Shown here piece by piece: positions 10,215 through 21,952 of a stretch of 64,000 nucleotides of DNA (positions are counted from its first letter, which is position 1; the number at the start of each line of letters is the position of its first letter). Origin of the DNA: an uncultured Nitrososphaerota archaeon (GTDB taxonomy: Archaea; Thermoproteota; Nitrososphaeria; Nitrososphaerales; CADDZS01); NCBI GenBank assembly GCA_963799845.1, contig CAWCYI010000004.1:1120001-1184000 (forward strand), written 5' to 3'. Made by a program: the position numbers and the translations under genes. The notes beneath the pieces are model-generated. The model saw only the letters and a program-made list of their open reading frames with translations, was not told the DNA's origin and ran no database searches.

Positions 10215-11270
10215 ATGATCTATCTCAAAAGTCAAATCGATAATAATGAGAATACAAGTCGGAGAAGCACGCGAGCCAAACTGGCAACGGCCACTTTGAT
10301 CGTGGTCGGTTCTCTTCTAGTCTTATCGGCATTCTTGGCGCTTTCGGTCACAGTCAGCGCTGCAACTTCGGCTCCTTCCTCAGGTTTCAATCAGGACGGC
10401 AACGTGCTGATAACGGACCAGTTCAACAACAGGGTGATTGAGGTAAATTCGCTCACAAAGCACATTGTCTGGAGCTTCGGTTCAGGTAATCCAAATCTCT
10501 GCAACCCGGGTCCAGGCTCGATTATCGGATCAAATGATGCTGAGAGGGTCGGAAACGGGATAACCCTTCTCTCCGGCACCGGCATCCCTTCTGGAGTAGC
10601 TGGTACGACTGCCTGTGTCGATAACCGGGTCATCGCAGTAGATCAAAACGGGAATATCGTCTGGCAATACGGACAGGCGGGCAAGACCGGCTCCGGTCCC
10701 AACCTTCTGAACGTTCCGGTCTTCGAAATCCAGCTCCCCAACCACGACATCCTGATTACCGATCAGGGAAACAACAGAATCATCGAAGTTAATCTGCAAA
10801 AGCAGATTGTCTGGTCTTATGGTCCAACCTCAGGCCCGGGTGCTCTAAACTCTCCGAACAGTGCAGAGCTCCTTTCGAATGGACACATACTCATCGCTGA
10901 TGAAAACAACAACCGGGTCATCGAGATCACTCGGTCAGGTCACATAGTCTGGGAATACAGCCAGGGGCTGTCAATCGCCGCGTTTGCGAGCAGACTGCCT
11001 AACGGAAACACTCTGATCACTGATTCCGGACACTCTAGGATCATTGAAGTAACTCCTTCGAAACAGATCGTCTTCCAGTACTTTACCAATACTTCACCGA
11101 AAAGTAACTCAAACCCATCACCGAGTAACGCCGTAAGGCTCGCGAACGGAAATACTATGATCGCAGATCAGTTCAACAGCAGAGTAATCGAAATCAACTC
11201 ACAGAAGCAGATCGTCTTCCAGTACGGCATGACGAACGTTATCGGGAGTGGATTCAACCAGTCTGTTTGA
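10215..11270 (+). CDS. Secreted beta-propeller (NHL/arylsulfotransferase-like repeat) protein
   Basis: Signal peptide plus repeats 'NGNTLITDxxNxRIIEV...IVWQY'. The C-terminus is probably frameshifted. Confidence 0.8.
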   Translation: MIYLKSQIDNNENTSRRSTRAKLATATLIVVGSLLVLSAFLALSVTVSAATSAPSSGFNQDGNVLITDQFNNRVIEVNSLTKHIVWSFGSGNPNLCNPGPGSIIGSNDAERVGNGITLLSGTGIPSGVAGTTACVDNRVIAVDQNGNIVWQYGQAGKTGSGPNLLNVPVFEIQLPNHDILITDQGNNRIIEVNLQKQIVWSYGPTSGPGALNSPNSAELLSNGHILIADENNNRVIEITRSGHIVWEYSQGLSIAAFASRLPNGNTLITDSGHSRIIEVTPSKQIVFQYFTNTSPKSNSNPSPSNAVRLANGNTMIADQFNSRVIEINSQKQIVFQYGMTNVIGSGFNQSV

Positions 11271-11466
11271 CCCATACACCGGATTCGTGATCGGAGACTA
11301 TACCGGACAGACACCACCGCCGGCAAACTTCTTTCCCTAAATAACATCAAATCGGGTGGGAGCGTCTTGTAGTTTCTCAGCTCCCACCCGCATATTTTTT
11401 CACAAATCACTTCTTACCGCTGAATTAATTTACCCGCGATGCAGTCACTGCAAACCAGAAAGCCCT

Positions 11467-12213
11467 ATGCTGATTGAAGAGATCACGTCCGACAGAGCAT
11501 CAAAGATAATTGGCAAGATTGACACGCTCGTGTTGCCGGTGGGAACCCTTGAAGCTCACGGCCCGCACTGCAGTGTTGCTTCCGACATCATAGTACCGGT
11601 GAAACTGGCTCACGAAGTCGAAAAGCTCGCAGGCGATCGAATCTATGTCGCCCCGATAATTCCATATGGTCACACGTGGCACCTGAAAGATTTTCCAGGA
11701 TCGCATGATGTATCAGGGGAAGTTCTTTCCGAGTACGTTTATCAAGTTCTCAGGGGATTCCTTCCGTGGAAAATCAAGTATGTGATAATAATCAACGGCC
11801 ACGGAGGAAACGATAAAGCTCTCGGCCTGGCGGCGGAAAAAGCTGCGTCGCTTGGGATGAAGACCGTAATCCTCGACTGGTGGTCCGGCGCCTTCCTCGA
11901 GGCCCTGGAGAAAGTCGTTCCAGATTTCGATGGCCATGGAGGGGAGGGAGAGACCTCGCTCGTTTGGAACGTCGGAGACAAATACGTTGACGCTTCGATC
12001 ATTCCGAAGGAAGATAACCTACCGGCGAAGGCGAAGGGCATCGTGACATTGTCCAACGTCTATGATCCGGCCTTTACAAAGGCGCACTACCCGAAAGCAT
12101 ACGCAGGCCGGCCGTCGAGAGCTTCAGCGGAGAAAGGGCGGCTACTGAACGAAAGGGCGGCGGAGCTCATAGTGGAATTGATCGACCAGTTTAGAGCAGG
12201 TGAGCTTGCGTAA
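11467..12213 (+). CDS. Creatininase family amidohydrolase
   Basis: 'LPVGTLEAHGPH', 'INGHGGN', 'GHGGEGETS'. Confidence 0.92.
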   Translation: MLIEEITSDRASKIIGKIDTLVLPVGTLEAHGPHCSVASDIIVPVKLAHEVEKLAGDRIYVAPIIPYGHTWHLKDFPGSHDVSGEVLSEYVYQVLRGFLPWKIKYVIIINGHGGNDKALGLAAEKAASLGMKTVILDWWSGAFLEALEKVVPDFDGHGGEGETSLVWNVGDKYVDASIIPKEDNLPAKAKGIVTLSNVYDPAFTKAHYPKAYAGRPSRASAEKGRLLNERAAELIVELIDQFRAGELA

Positions 12214-12645
12214 TGTTAGGAGAAGTTGAAGTCATCGATGCTACCCTCGTTCGACCTATAGGTAGTATGAAAGAAAGAAGTTATTTTTCTTATTCAAGGA
12301 ATGTGAACTAGTAATTAAACACGGCAAAAAGAGGAGGACTCCTCTCTTTCAAGCTGATTAAGCCTTCTCGGCTGAATCATGCAGCGAGACGATGCGAAAT
12401 GTACGTATGTATATGCCCTAATAGATTCTTTTTCTCTGCGAATATATGTGGGCAGAATCAAAAGTGATGCAGTAAGACGTCTCTGTGCAAGTGAATCGCG
12501 ATATCGGACCGAGAAAAAGAAATCAGGCAATTGTCTGCTTTGAGGAATAAACTCTCCATTCATTTTTGGAGCGATTCAAGCGAAAAGACTATGAAAAAGC
12601 AGACGTTTTTTGGTTTGCATCCCTCTCAAATTTTTAACCTATCTT

Positions 12646-14025
12646 TTATTGCGTGCTGTCGGAATCCATCTTCCCCTTGAACGCGTAGATTGCTTCAGCC
12701 CTCTTCGGTTCGGTTAACCGCAGGAGGATAGACGCAATTATAGTGGTCACCAAGACTGAGATTCCGATCAGAGAGAAAAATGACTGATCTATGATGCCCA
12801 GACTGAGGGCAAATTGACCTATGATCAAGGAGAACTCTCCCCTTGGAATGAACCATGCTCCGAAAGTAGAAGGAGAGTCAAGCGTTCCGTCGAGGGTAAA
12901 AGTTCCCCGCTTTGCTTCGCGATTCATCTTGAGTCTCAGATTTCTGTTTGCAAAGTTCAATATCTTTCCGATCGAAAATCCGCCGAAGAATTTGCCTAGC
13001 ACGAGGAGAGTAAGAGCCAGTATAATCGGAAGTCCGATTGCGAGGGCCGGTGTCGGATCGATTAACCCTCCCATTGATACAAAAAACAAAACCAAGAAAA
13101 GATCCTTGATGGGAGCGATTCTCCGGGAGAGAAACTTGGACTGCTTCCCGCGAAGGGTGAGACCCACAATGAAAGCCCCCGTTCCGGGTGAGTAACCTAA
13201 CTCTGCGGCAATGACTGCGAAAACGAAAGCAAGACCCAATCCAAATAGAAATGGGATCTCCTCGAACTCATCGTCAAAGTAACTCAGGTAGTTGATTATC
13301 TTTGGAGCTACGAAGTGAGTAACAGCGTAGCCCAGTCCAACTAGAGCGAGACCTCCCGTTATCGCCTCTATTCCGGCGACAAGCCCCCTCGAGGAGGCAC
13401 TATTACCGATGACGTAATATGGAAACGTTCCGATGTTGGAAGAGGTTAGGGCGGAAAGCGCAATGAGGAAGACAACAGCAAACATGTCCTCAACTACGAG
13501 TAGCCCGATCAAAAAGCCAGACTCTGGACTTCTCAAAATCTTTCTTGAGAGGAATATCTTCCCGACGATCGCTGTGCTAGTAAAACTGGCACTCATTGAA
13601 AAAATGATTGTATCCAAAAAATTGAATCCGAGGAGGTAAGAGGCGAAATATCCGAAGAGAAAGGCTACTGCAACTTCAAGAGCGGTCAAAGAAATTATCG
13701 CCCAAGACATTCTCCTAAGATCGCTGGGATCGAGTTCAAGACCTATTACAAAGAGCAACAGTACAACCCCAATTTCCGAGAGCTGATTTAGCACCAGTGG
13801 ATCCTTTACCCAACCTAGCACATACGGCCCGACCAAGACTCCTGCGAGAATCTGACCTGCCACGATCGAAAGTTTCAATCTAGCAAATAGCACGCTAAAA
13901 ATGAGGGCAAAAATGGCAAGTATCGCGATATCCAGCAAAAATCCTGCTTGAGATGATGTCGTCGTAGAGGATGTAACCGACGACTCAATAACGTGTCTTA
14001 ATGTCTGGACTACTGGAAAGGTCAC
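12646..14025 (-). CDS. Cation:proton antiporter (CPA2/KefB-like)
   Basis: Polytopic membrane protein with 'EIGVVLLLFVIGLE', 'LLVVED', 'PRGEFSLII'. Confidence 0.9.
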   Translation of the reverse strand: MTFPVVQTLRHVIESSVTSSTTTSSQAGFLLDIAILAIFALIFSVLFARLKLSIVAGQILAGVLVGPYVLGWVKDPLVLNQLSEIGVVLLLFVIGLELDPSDLRRMSWAIISLTALEVAVAFLFGYFASYLLGFNFLDTIIFSMSASFTSTAIVGKIFLSRKILRSPESGFLIGLLVVEDMFAVVFLIALSALTSSNIGTFPYYVIGNSASSRGLVAGIEAITGGLALVGLGYAVTHFVAPKIINYLSYFDDEFEEIPFLFGLGLAFVFAVIAAELGYSPGTGAFIVGLTLRGKQSKFLSRRIAPIKDLFLVLFFVSMGGLIDPTPALAIGLPIILALTLLVLGKFFGGFSIGKILNFANRNLRLKMNREAKRGTFTLDGTLDSPSTFGAWFIPRGEFSLIIGQFALSLGIIDQSFFSLIGISVLVTTIIASILLRLTEPKRAEAIYAFKGKMDSDSTQ

Positions 14026-14187
14026 TCTGGGATGTCGTTAGAAACTCGACTATCGTTTATTGTTTTTGCAAGTCTTCTCTATTTGAAAAATTGAGACGGA
14101 TAGGACCCAAGTGTGAAACAACATTTCATTCTGACGCATCCACAAAACAAATGCCGTTGGGTGTAGCCCAGAATCAAGATGTTGATA

Positions 14188-15183
14188 TCAGACTGAAATA
14201 GGCGTAGGGACGACTTCAGTCATCTTACTATCCGAAAGCCTCTGATACTGATAAGAATAAGACTCCTTCGTCGTAGCCCCACCCACTCGGCCGTGTTTAT
14301 CGAGAGCAATCAGAGCCATGATCACGGTAATTTCCTCGTCGCGCCTAAGCATATTCCTCAGGGTGGTCTCGCAGGCTTCCGTCGGGCTGTAACCCTCCGC
14401 CAAAAGGTCGCACACGGTTCTGGTAAGCCCGTGCCTGATTGCTATTTCGCCGAGTCCGGTCGAGGAGCTAGCCCCAACTGGGGTGGCGTAAGTACCCGCG
14501 CCTATTACGGAAGAGTCGGAGACTCGGCCTGGAAGTCTCAAAGCCCAACCGCTTGTCGATGTCCCGGCTACGATTGTTCCCGACGAGTCTAGACAAAGAG
14601 TACCTACAGTACCCAACTCCTTGATCTGACCGGCCTCCATCATCATCTCGACGCCCTTTCCGAGTGGAACCAAGTTAGTGTCGTAACCCAGACCCTTGTG
14701 AATCTCCTCGATCTTGCTTTGGTCCTTCATTGCGACAGCGAGCTTTTCACGAAGTTCTTTCCACTTCTCGCGAGCTTTTTCGGTTACAGGTTGGTACTCC
14801 GGGAAACCTGCTGCCCGCGCAAAACGTGTGGCGCCATCTCCGCAGAGCATGACGTGAGGGCAAATCTCCATCACCTTCCTTGCAATGGAAATTGGGTTTT
14901 GGGTTATCGTGAGGCAGCTCACCGCACCACAGCGATAGACGTTACCGACCATGATGCTCGCATCAAGCTCGCCAACACCTTCGATGTTGGGAATGCCTCC
15001 GGTTCCGACGCTTTCTACGAGAGGATCGTCTTCTACTGCTCTAATACCAAACTCGACTGCATCCAGCGCGGAACCAGTCTGCTTCAGCTTCGCAATGCCT
15101 GAAGGTACCGCACTTCTCCCGTGGCGCCAGTTCGAAATAATGATTGGCTCCGGCAATTCTAGATTTTCTGTCCAGCTGTACAT
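14188..15183 (-). CDS. Ntn-hydrolase asparaginase-2 family (isoaspartyl peptidase/glycosylasparaginase)
   Basis: 'SVGTGG.PN', 'ELDASIM', nucleophile 'GTVG', 'GTSTSG...PGRVSDS'. Confidence 0.9.
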   Translation of the reverse strand: MYSWTENLELPEPIIISNWRHGRSAVPSGIAKLKQTGSALDAVEFGIRAVEDDPLVESVGTGGIPNIEGVGELDASIMVGNVYRCGAVSCLTITQNPISIARKVMEICPHVMLCGDGATRFARAAGFPEYQPVTEKAREKWKELREKLAVAMKDQSKIEEIHKGLGYDTNLVPLGKGVEMMMEAGQIKELGTVGTLCLDSSGTIVAGTSTSGWALRLPGRVSDSSVIGAGTYATPVGASSSTGLGEIAIRHGLTRTVCDLLAEGYSPTEACETTLRNMLRRDEEITVIMALIALDKHGRVGGATTKESYSYQYQRLSDSKMTEVVPTPISV

Positions 15184-15388
15184 TTACCGTTCTGTATGCA
15201 TTACTGAAAAAGGGTTAATTGTGGCCCATTCAGTACGAGTTCATATGCCCTAAGGCCCTTCGAAGTGCTTTCAAATCAGAATCAGGTTTGATTCTGTCCA
15301 TGTCTGGAGCATTGCCTGCTCGAGAATCTTCGGCGCCTTAAAACCCCTGGTCAGCATTCCCCATTCACACGCTCTCTTGAAGGCTGCA

Positions 15389-16723
15389 TCATCCACGAAC
15401 TTCTCCAAAATCATCCTCAGCTCGTCGTACTGGGACACTTTTACTAACAGATTCTCCTGAAACCAACATCATCGACAATCCAGTTAAAGTCGCTAGAAAG
15501 TCGCTGGGTTCCAATTCAGCAGAATTACCGATCTTTATGCTCGAAGGCATAAAGCCCCTCTTTCCGATGAATGTAGATACTTTTTCAGCGGCGGATAGGA
15601 GGTTTCTGAGAGATACGTTTGTGGAATTTGCTTTTGACTTGATGCGTGACATCGGTCCGAGAGGTTCACTCATTGCGGTCCTTTTAGGAATCTTTCCAGT
15701 CCTTGAATATGCTGCAACGAAATTCACCAAGGCGCAAAAAACTTGGGCAGGAGAGATGTATTCGTCTCCCAGCTTCAAGTAAGATATTTTGTTTGAGTTG
15801 CAGAGCCTGCTCGCAATCTTCCTGATTTCTGGTGTACCCAATACCATATCCAACTTGCGCCGATAGATTCTGTGCGCGCCGGTAGCAGAAATGAATTGAA
15901 CATCGTTGAACGAAGACCCGAACTTTATCAGACTCTCAAAATCCTGGAGGGCGCGTTCCTTGACATCGGTCGGTTGCTCCTCCGGCAAAGCGTATTTCCC
16001 CTTAGGGGTGTTTTTCCCATTTGCAAAATTCAGCGCGTCCCAGTTTACCTTGTTAATGCCCGTGTGCGGATGCCACAGAATGCTGATGGCTCCTCCTTTT
16101 CCCTTCAGCCGTTCATGGATATTTTCAAATCTCTTTTTCAGCTTCGCGTTTCCGTCCGGGCTCTCGAAAGTGCGATCGAAACGCACCAAATTCTTGTCAT
16201 TGTTGTTGAGGCTCAACGCCCCGCAGTACCAGTAAGGACTATCATCAATGTTCACAACATCAGTCGCGTCCAAGTAGACACTGATTCCGACTTTCCTCAT
16301 GAAGGGGTAGTAGTGCGGTGCCCACTGTGAACCGGCATGTCCGAAGCAGGTGGGCACGTGTCCAAACGTGTTCTTCAGCTCCTGAAGACCGCGTCGTTCT
16401 CTTTTCTCGATCTCTTCAGCTCCTTTCAGGACATCCATGTCGGCGATGTACTCGAAGACGACGGGATGTCTACTGTGCGTGTCGGTGTGGTATCCGACAT
16501 CGCAGTAATCTTTAATCCCAGAAATTACGTCCTGACGCTTCTGCTCTTTCATGAAGCGAACTTTTTCAGCTACCAACTTGGTAGTTACAGGAACTTTGTA
16601 TCTCCTGAGGATCTCAATCGCCTGAAGCGGAACATTGTTCGTTTCGGGAGTAACGTAATCTTCCACGTCAAACCAGACATAAGCGTAGATTTTGCTACCG
16701 CCGCCATCAGGATTTGTCTTCAT
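15389..16723 (-). CDS. Polysaccharide deacetylase-like (CE4/NodB-fold) hypothetical protein
   Basis: 'WFDVEDY', 'VGYHTDTHSRHP'. The C-terminus probably continues in another frame. Confidence 0.7.
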   Translation of the reverse strand: MKTNPDGGGSKIYAYVWFDVEDYVTPETNNVPLQAIEILRRYKVPVTTKLVAEKVRFMKEQKRQDVISGIKDYCDVGYHTDTHSRHPVVFEYIADMDVLKGAEEIEKRERRGLQELKNTFGHVPTCFGHAGSQWAPHYYPFMRKVGISVYLDATDVVNIDDSPYWYCGALSLNNNDKNLVRFDRTFESPDGNAKLKKRFENIHERLKGKGGAISILWHPHTGINKVNWDALNFANGKNTPKGKYALPEEQPTDVKERALQDFESLIKFGSSFNDVQFISATGAHRIYRRKLDMVLGTPEIRKIASRLCNSNKISYLKLGDEYISPAQVFCALVNFVAAYSRTGKIPKRTAMSEPLGPMSRIKSKANSTNVSLRNLLSAAEKVSTFIGKRGFMPSSIKIGNSAELEPSDFLATLTGLSMMLVSGESVSKSVPVRRAEDDFGEVRG

Positions 16724-16865
16724 CAGGCGATGGGCGAACTCGCGCGACTATTAAGAGTTGCATGACTTCTTTAAAACGCCTAACCTTTCCGCCGAGATTA
16801 GGTCGAAATTCCAACAACACCATTCAAAAATAATTTCTACAAGATCTTTTGTGAATAAGAATTAA

Positions 16866-17971
16866 ATGCGAAATGAAAGGCCGAGAGTCAGAGATATTGG
16901 GCTGACCCCGGGGACGCTATCGCCCGGACAATTCAATTCTATCACCGACATAAAGGGTGTAAGGATCGGTCATGAGACCCTCATTCTTGGAGATGATGTT
17001 AGAACCGGAGTGACTGCTGTCTTGCCACATGAAGGGAACTTGTTTCAAGAAAAGGTTCCGGCGGCAATCTTTGTCGAGAATGGATTTGGAAAGCTGGCTG
17101 GTTCAACTCAGGTAAATGAATTGGGAGAGTTAGAGACTCCGATTTTGCTAACAAATACGCTCTGTGTTCCACGAGTCGCTGATGCTCTCATCGATTATAT
17201 GCTATCTATACCCGGAAATGAGGAAGTCATCTCTATCAATCCCGTCGTAGCTGAGACTAATGACGGCTTCTTGAACGATATTCGAAATAAGCGCGTGGGG
17301 AGGGACGAAGTATTCCGCTCATTGCAAACGCAACGACCGGAGCTGTTGATGAGGGATGCGTCGGTGCGGGAACCGGGACACGGGCTCTTGGATTCAAAGG
17401 AGGAATTGGGACTTCTTCGAGATTGCTTTCTGAAGATCTTAGCGGGTACAGTGTCGGCGTCATGGTTCAGACAAATTACGAGGGCCTCCTAACCGTCAAT
17501 GGAGCACCCGTGGGAAAAGAGTTGAACGAGTCTTACGACAAAGATAAGCTTCGATCGGGAGGATTTTTTGATCAAAATAATTATAGTCAGAAATTTGGTT
17601 CGGTTGTAGTCGTCATAGCGACCGATGCCCCCGTAGGGTATAGAAACTTGCGCAGGGCTGCAGTTCGTTCGGCTCTTGGACTTGCTCGGACTGGTTTTGT
17701 TTCTCAAAATCAAAGCGGCGACTATTTCATTGCCTTCAGTACAGCCGTAGAATCGCGCCTGGAGTTTTCTCCGAAAAAATCGCGAGCGCCTGAAGAGCTG
17801 CGAAACGATGCCATGAATCCATTGTTTTTAGGTGTCATCGAGGCTACGGAGGAAGCGGTCTACAACTCGCTTTTTCGTGCAACTACAATGAAAGGGAGGA
17901 ACGGAAGGGTGGTGGAGGCATTGCCCATCGAACCGACAAGAGAAATTCTTCGGAAACATAATGCGATTTAG
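16866..17971 (+). CDS. dmpA: P1/S58 family peptidase (DmpA L-aminopeptidase/D-esterase), split by one frameshift
   Basis: 'NSITDI.GVRIGH', 'RTGVTAVLP', 'GFGKLAGSTQV.ELG', 'ETNDGFLND', 'GSVVVVIATDAP', 'SGDYFIAFST'. ORFs 16866-17492 and 17423-17971. Confidence 0.88.
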
Positions 17972-18082
17972 GAATCGATTCGCTGCGATCAACAGCAGTC
18001 TGACGGAGTTTTAGACTAGATCATGATCGCACGGAAAGTTTAAGGGACCGAAAGTTCGGTCGCGAAAGTCACTGAGCATAAT

Positions 18083-19372
18083 TTGACGAAACAAGTACAG
18101 TCCGAACCGCTCCTCTCCAGTTCCGGAACCGCTTATGTCATACGCGCTGGCAGTCTGATCGATCCAGAAACTGGAACCTCTAAGACCAATCAGTCCATTT
18201 CAGTGAAAGACGGAAGGATTGTAGAAATCGGTGCCAGCGTAGCTCCTCTGGACGCAGCAGAAACGATCGACCTTTCTGAATTCTCAGTATTGCCTGGGTT
18301 GGTAGATGCGCACAATCACCTGGCGCTAACGTACAAGAAGTTTCCTGAAAATTTCACTTATTATTACACTTACATCCAGGACTCGACCGCGCTCCGGGCG
18401 ATCCAGGCGGTTTCCAACGGAATGCAGATGCTGTCCTATGGGTTCACGGTCGTCCGCGATCTTGGCAATAACGCGCTCTATGCCGATTCCGCCCTGAGAA
18501 TCGCGATAGAACAGGGCTGGGTTCCCGGGCCGACGATCATAAATTCCGGGATCATCATTGGAGGAACAGGAGGACAGTTTCATCCCACACCTGAAATGGT
18601 AAGAGAACACAACATCGTTTATCCCGAATATCTTGAGGCTGACACGCCTGACGAGATCATAAAGGCAGTCCGGCAGAACGTACTCTTCGGAGCGAAGGTG
18701 ATCAAGATCATGGTCGATTCCCAGCCTTATCCATATACCGTGGAGGACATGAAGCTGTTCATTCGGGAAGCCGCAAATGCAGGTGGATTAAAGGTTGCAG
18801 GTCATGTCCAGACGGAAGAAGGGGCGCGCCGCGCGATTGAAGCAGGAATCTGGTCTATCGAACACGACGTTGCTCTCAACGATGAACTCCATAAGCTCAT
18901 GGCGCAGAAAGGGATCTGGCGGGTTGGGACTGAGACCCCGTATACCGAATACAGCGGCACGCAGGAGGAGTTCGATCGTAGAGTCACCCGCCTGAAGAAT
19001 GCCTATTCAAATGGCGTGAAGATGGCCTTCTCAACCGATGCAGACTACTACGTGCCGGGCATGACTCGAGGGCAGGTTGTCATTGATTTCCTGAAGACCT
19101 GGAAGGCCGCCGATATACCAGCGAAGGATATTCTGAAGATATTGACTATCAACGGCTACAAGGTTTCTGAGATTTACGACAAGCGCGGACCCATCAAGCC
19201 TGGCCTTCCCGCTGATATCATTGCGGTGAAAGAAGATCCGCTAGAAGATATTGACGCATTGCGGAAGGTTTCATTTGTAATGAAGGACGGGTTAGTGTTC
19301 AAGCGTGACGGAATCATGACGCCAGAAAAGTTCCTGCATGGTGGCCCGGTGAATGGTTGGTCGATTCGTTAG
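18083..19372 (+). CDS. Metal-dependent amidohydrolase (Xaa-Pro dipeptidase-like)
   Basis: 'PGLVDAHNH', 'GFTVVRDLG', 'SIEH', 'FSTD'. Confidence 0.9.
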   Translation: MTKQVQSEPLLSSSGTAYVIRAGSLIDPETGTSKTNQSISVKDGRIVEIGASVAPLDAAETIDLSEFSVLPGLVDAHNHLALTYKKFPENFTYYYTYIQDSTALRAIQAVSNGMQMLSYGFTVVRDLGNNALYADSALRIAIEQGWVPGPTIINSGIIIGGTGGQFHPTPEMVREHNIVYPEYLEADTPDEIIKAVRQNVLFGAKVIKIMVDSQPYPYTVEDMKLFIREAANAGGLKVAGHVQTEEGARRAIEAGIWSIEHDVALNDELHKLMAQKGIWRVGTETPYTEYSGTQEEFDRRVTRLKNAYSNGVKMAFSTDADYYVPGMTRGQVVIDFLKTWKAADIPAKDILKILTINGYKVSEIYDKRGPIKPGLPADIIAVKEDPLEDIDALRKVSFVMKDGLVFKRDGIMTPEKFLHGGPVNGWSIR

Positions 19373-19497
19373 CTAGAAGGACAAAAATGCGCGAACCACT
19401 CTGCATATTCTGAAAACAAAATTCGGTTGAATTGTGTCGTCTTCACAATTTACTATCGGGGATACTCTTCGCAAAAATCCTCGATTCCGTTTCTCTC

Positions 19498-20694
19498 CTA
19501 GTTATTTGGAGTGTATATTCGTCCCATCTTCAGGACATGTTGTATGTTATTTGGAGCGAGTGTTTCGATATTCTCCATGGGATTTCCCTTAACAACGACC
19601 AAGTTTGCTTCTCGCCCCTTCTGAATTCTTCCGCTGTTGCTAAGGCCGATGCAATCCGCCGCCGTTTCCGTTGCTGCGGTTAACGCTTCCCTGTTTCCGA
19701 AATATTTTGCCATGTTGACAACTTCAAGATAATTTTGCCCGTGCATCTCGTTCTCCGCACCAATGAAATCAGAACCACATGCAATCTTGATGCCAGCTTC
19801 CTTGGCAAGCTCCATGTCTTTCGTAAGGTGCCTTTTGATGAGGACCTCGCGATCTTTGTTAGCGCTCGGTTTTGCCATTAGGAACGGACTCAAGGTCGGC
19901 ACGTAAAATATTCCCTTTTTCTTGATCTGCGCCGCAATCTCTGAAGTCAGACCGATTCCGTGTTCGATCGAGTCGACCCCGGCCTCTATCGCATTCGTAA
20001 GGGCGGCTTCCCCGTACGCGTGAGCTGTGACCTTTACTCTTGCACCATGTGCCTCGTCCACGATTGCTTTCAATTCCTCTACTGTGAGTTGAACTCTCGG
20101 TGTGCCTCCTTGTGCAAAGCTTCCCGATGCGTAAACCTTGATCACTTCGGCGCCGTCCCTCAAACACAATCTCACGGCCTTCCGGCACTCCCATGGTCCA
20201 TCGCAGTAGTACGAGTAGGAGAGCCTTTGCGCGATATCAAGCGGCAAATTCTTGGGATCGTCATCACCTCCAGTTTGGGCAAGCGACTTTGCTGCCGGAA
20301 TTATCCTGGGCCCCTCGACCACTCCTTCGTTTACCACTCTTGCGAGGAAAGTTCCTACCTTGCTCCCGAGATCCCTTACCGTGGTGAAGCCGGCGTAGAG
20401 TAGCCTCCGCAAATGGTCAACACTTCTAAGAGCTACCAACGCGTCAGGGGTTGTCACCCACTCCATTAGGTCGTATCTCGTCGAACCAAAAAAGTGAACA
20501 TGTGAATCGATGAGGCCTGGGAGGATGGTGAATCCCTCTCCAGAAATCGTCTTGCTCGTATCTTTAGGTACCTGAACGTCTGAGGATTTCCCGCAATCAG
20601 AAATTAACCCGGTCGACTCGTCCAAGACGACAATTCCATCGTCGAAAAATTCTCTCCCATCAAAAACCGATCCCCTGATCACGATGCTGGTCAT
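19498..20694 (-). CDS. Metal-dependent amidohydrolase (Xaa-Pro dipeptidase-like)
   Basis: 'PGLIDSHVH', 'GFTTVRDLG', 'AHAYG', 'DSIEHG', 'GSD'. Confidence 0.92.
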   Translation of the reverse strand: MTSIVIRGSVFDGREFFDDGIVVLDESTGLISDCGKSSDVQVPKDTSKTISGEGFTILPGLIDSHVHFFGSTRYDLMEWVTTPDALVALRSVDHLRRLLYAGFTTVRDLGSKVGTFLARVVNEGVVEGPRIIPAAKSLAQTGGDDDPKNLPLDIAQRLSYSYYCDGPWECRKAVRLCLRDGAEVIKVYASGSFAQGGTPRVQLTVEELKAIVDEAHGARVKVTAHAYGEAALTNAIEAGVDSIEHGIGLTSEIAAQIKKKGIFYVPTLSPFLMAKPSANKDREVLIKRHLTKDMELAKEAGIKIACGSDFIGAENEMHGQNYLEVVNMAKYFGNREALTAATETAADCIGLSNSGRIQKGREANLVVVKGNPMENIETLAPNNIQHVLKMGRIYTPNN

Positions 20695-20777
20695 ATTTCG
20701 CCGGTTTAGAACTGAGAAGAAATAACTGTTTTCCCTTAATTCCTATCTGGCCGAGGAGAGATTCTCCGACGAACAGT

Positions 20778-21618
20778 CTAAACTGATACCCACTTTATCC
20801 TAGAGTCTTTAGCCATTAATCGTCCCAGTTGCATGTGTGCAGGAATCAGCAGTGCATCCTCTTGCAGAGCAGATTTTGTCAACGAATCTTTGCTTCGAAG
20901 GTTTGTCTCAAAATCCGCCCAGCTCGCCATTGCTGAGGGGTTTTCCACTTCGACGAAATCGTGGAAGAGATCGCCTAAACAGTAGACTGTTTCTCCGCCT
21001 GAATTAAGTCTCACTATCTGATGGCCCGGAGTCTCGCCCGGCGCGGGGACAATTGCGATTTCCGGGAATAGTTCTATTTTCCCGCTAGTGACGTGCAAAA
21101 CGCCAGCATCGCGAAGAACGCCCAGACTGTTGCTGACTTCGGAACTGGGATTTTTCAATGACTCCTGCGTTTCCGCTCGATCCCAGTCAGCTCGATTCAA
21201 GAAATATGTTGCATTCGGGAAGGATGGTTGGAATAATTCTTCAGCATTTTTTCTAGTCACGCCGGCGTAGTGATCAAAGTGGGCGTGTGTTATCACGACG
21301 TGAGTGACATTCGATAGTGAAATCCCTGAACTTTCAAGCTGATCGAAAATTCCTGGAGGAGGAATATAGTCAGGAGGCGAGAATTCGGAACCTAGTGGCG
21401 AAGACAGCAAATAGTCGTTCGGATCCACAATGATTGAAGCTTTTCCGGGCAAAGATATGTGAACTGTCAGGCTAGGAAAAAGCCTCGTCGTCTTGACGAA
21501 TTCATCGTCAGCTCGAATCCCAGCGACTCTGAACGTTCATGATATCGGCGAGCCGAATTGCTAGCTCGCCGTTGTTGAATATCGATACTATTGCGCTGCC
21601 TACTGGGACCTTCTTCAA
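20778..21618 (-). CDS. MBL-fold metallo-hydrolase, N-terminus frameshifted
   Basis: 'THAHFDH', 'PGETPGH', 'GDLFH'. An upstream segment from TTG 21618 is out of frame. Confidence 0.8.
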
Positions 21619-21952
21619 ACTATTTCCTCATCGCTTTGAAATAGTTATTTCCATTCTTGGACATAACTAGTTGTCTCATGAACTCGCCTAGAAATCTCTG
21701 CGCCAATAGAGGAATAGACGGATACGTTTGCGGGTAAGCCAACACCGAAGCATCCTTGTCGCATCTTTCATTCTTCCAAATCAAATGAAAATCTCAAAGA
21801 TATTTTTAGATCTCTATGTTTTGAATCCTACCCTAATTCTTGGCTAATTTTCGAAAGCGTCGTAAATCTGTGGATTTGAAAAATTTTCTGAATTTTTTCA
21901 TGGATTCTCTTAAATTCGATTAGCGAAAATCCCGTTCGCAAAGTGCTTCTCG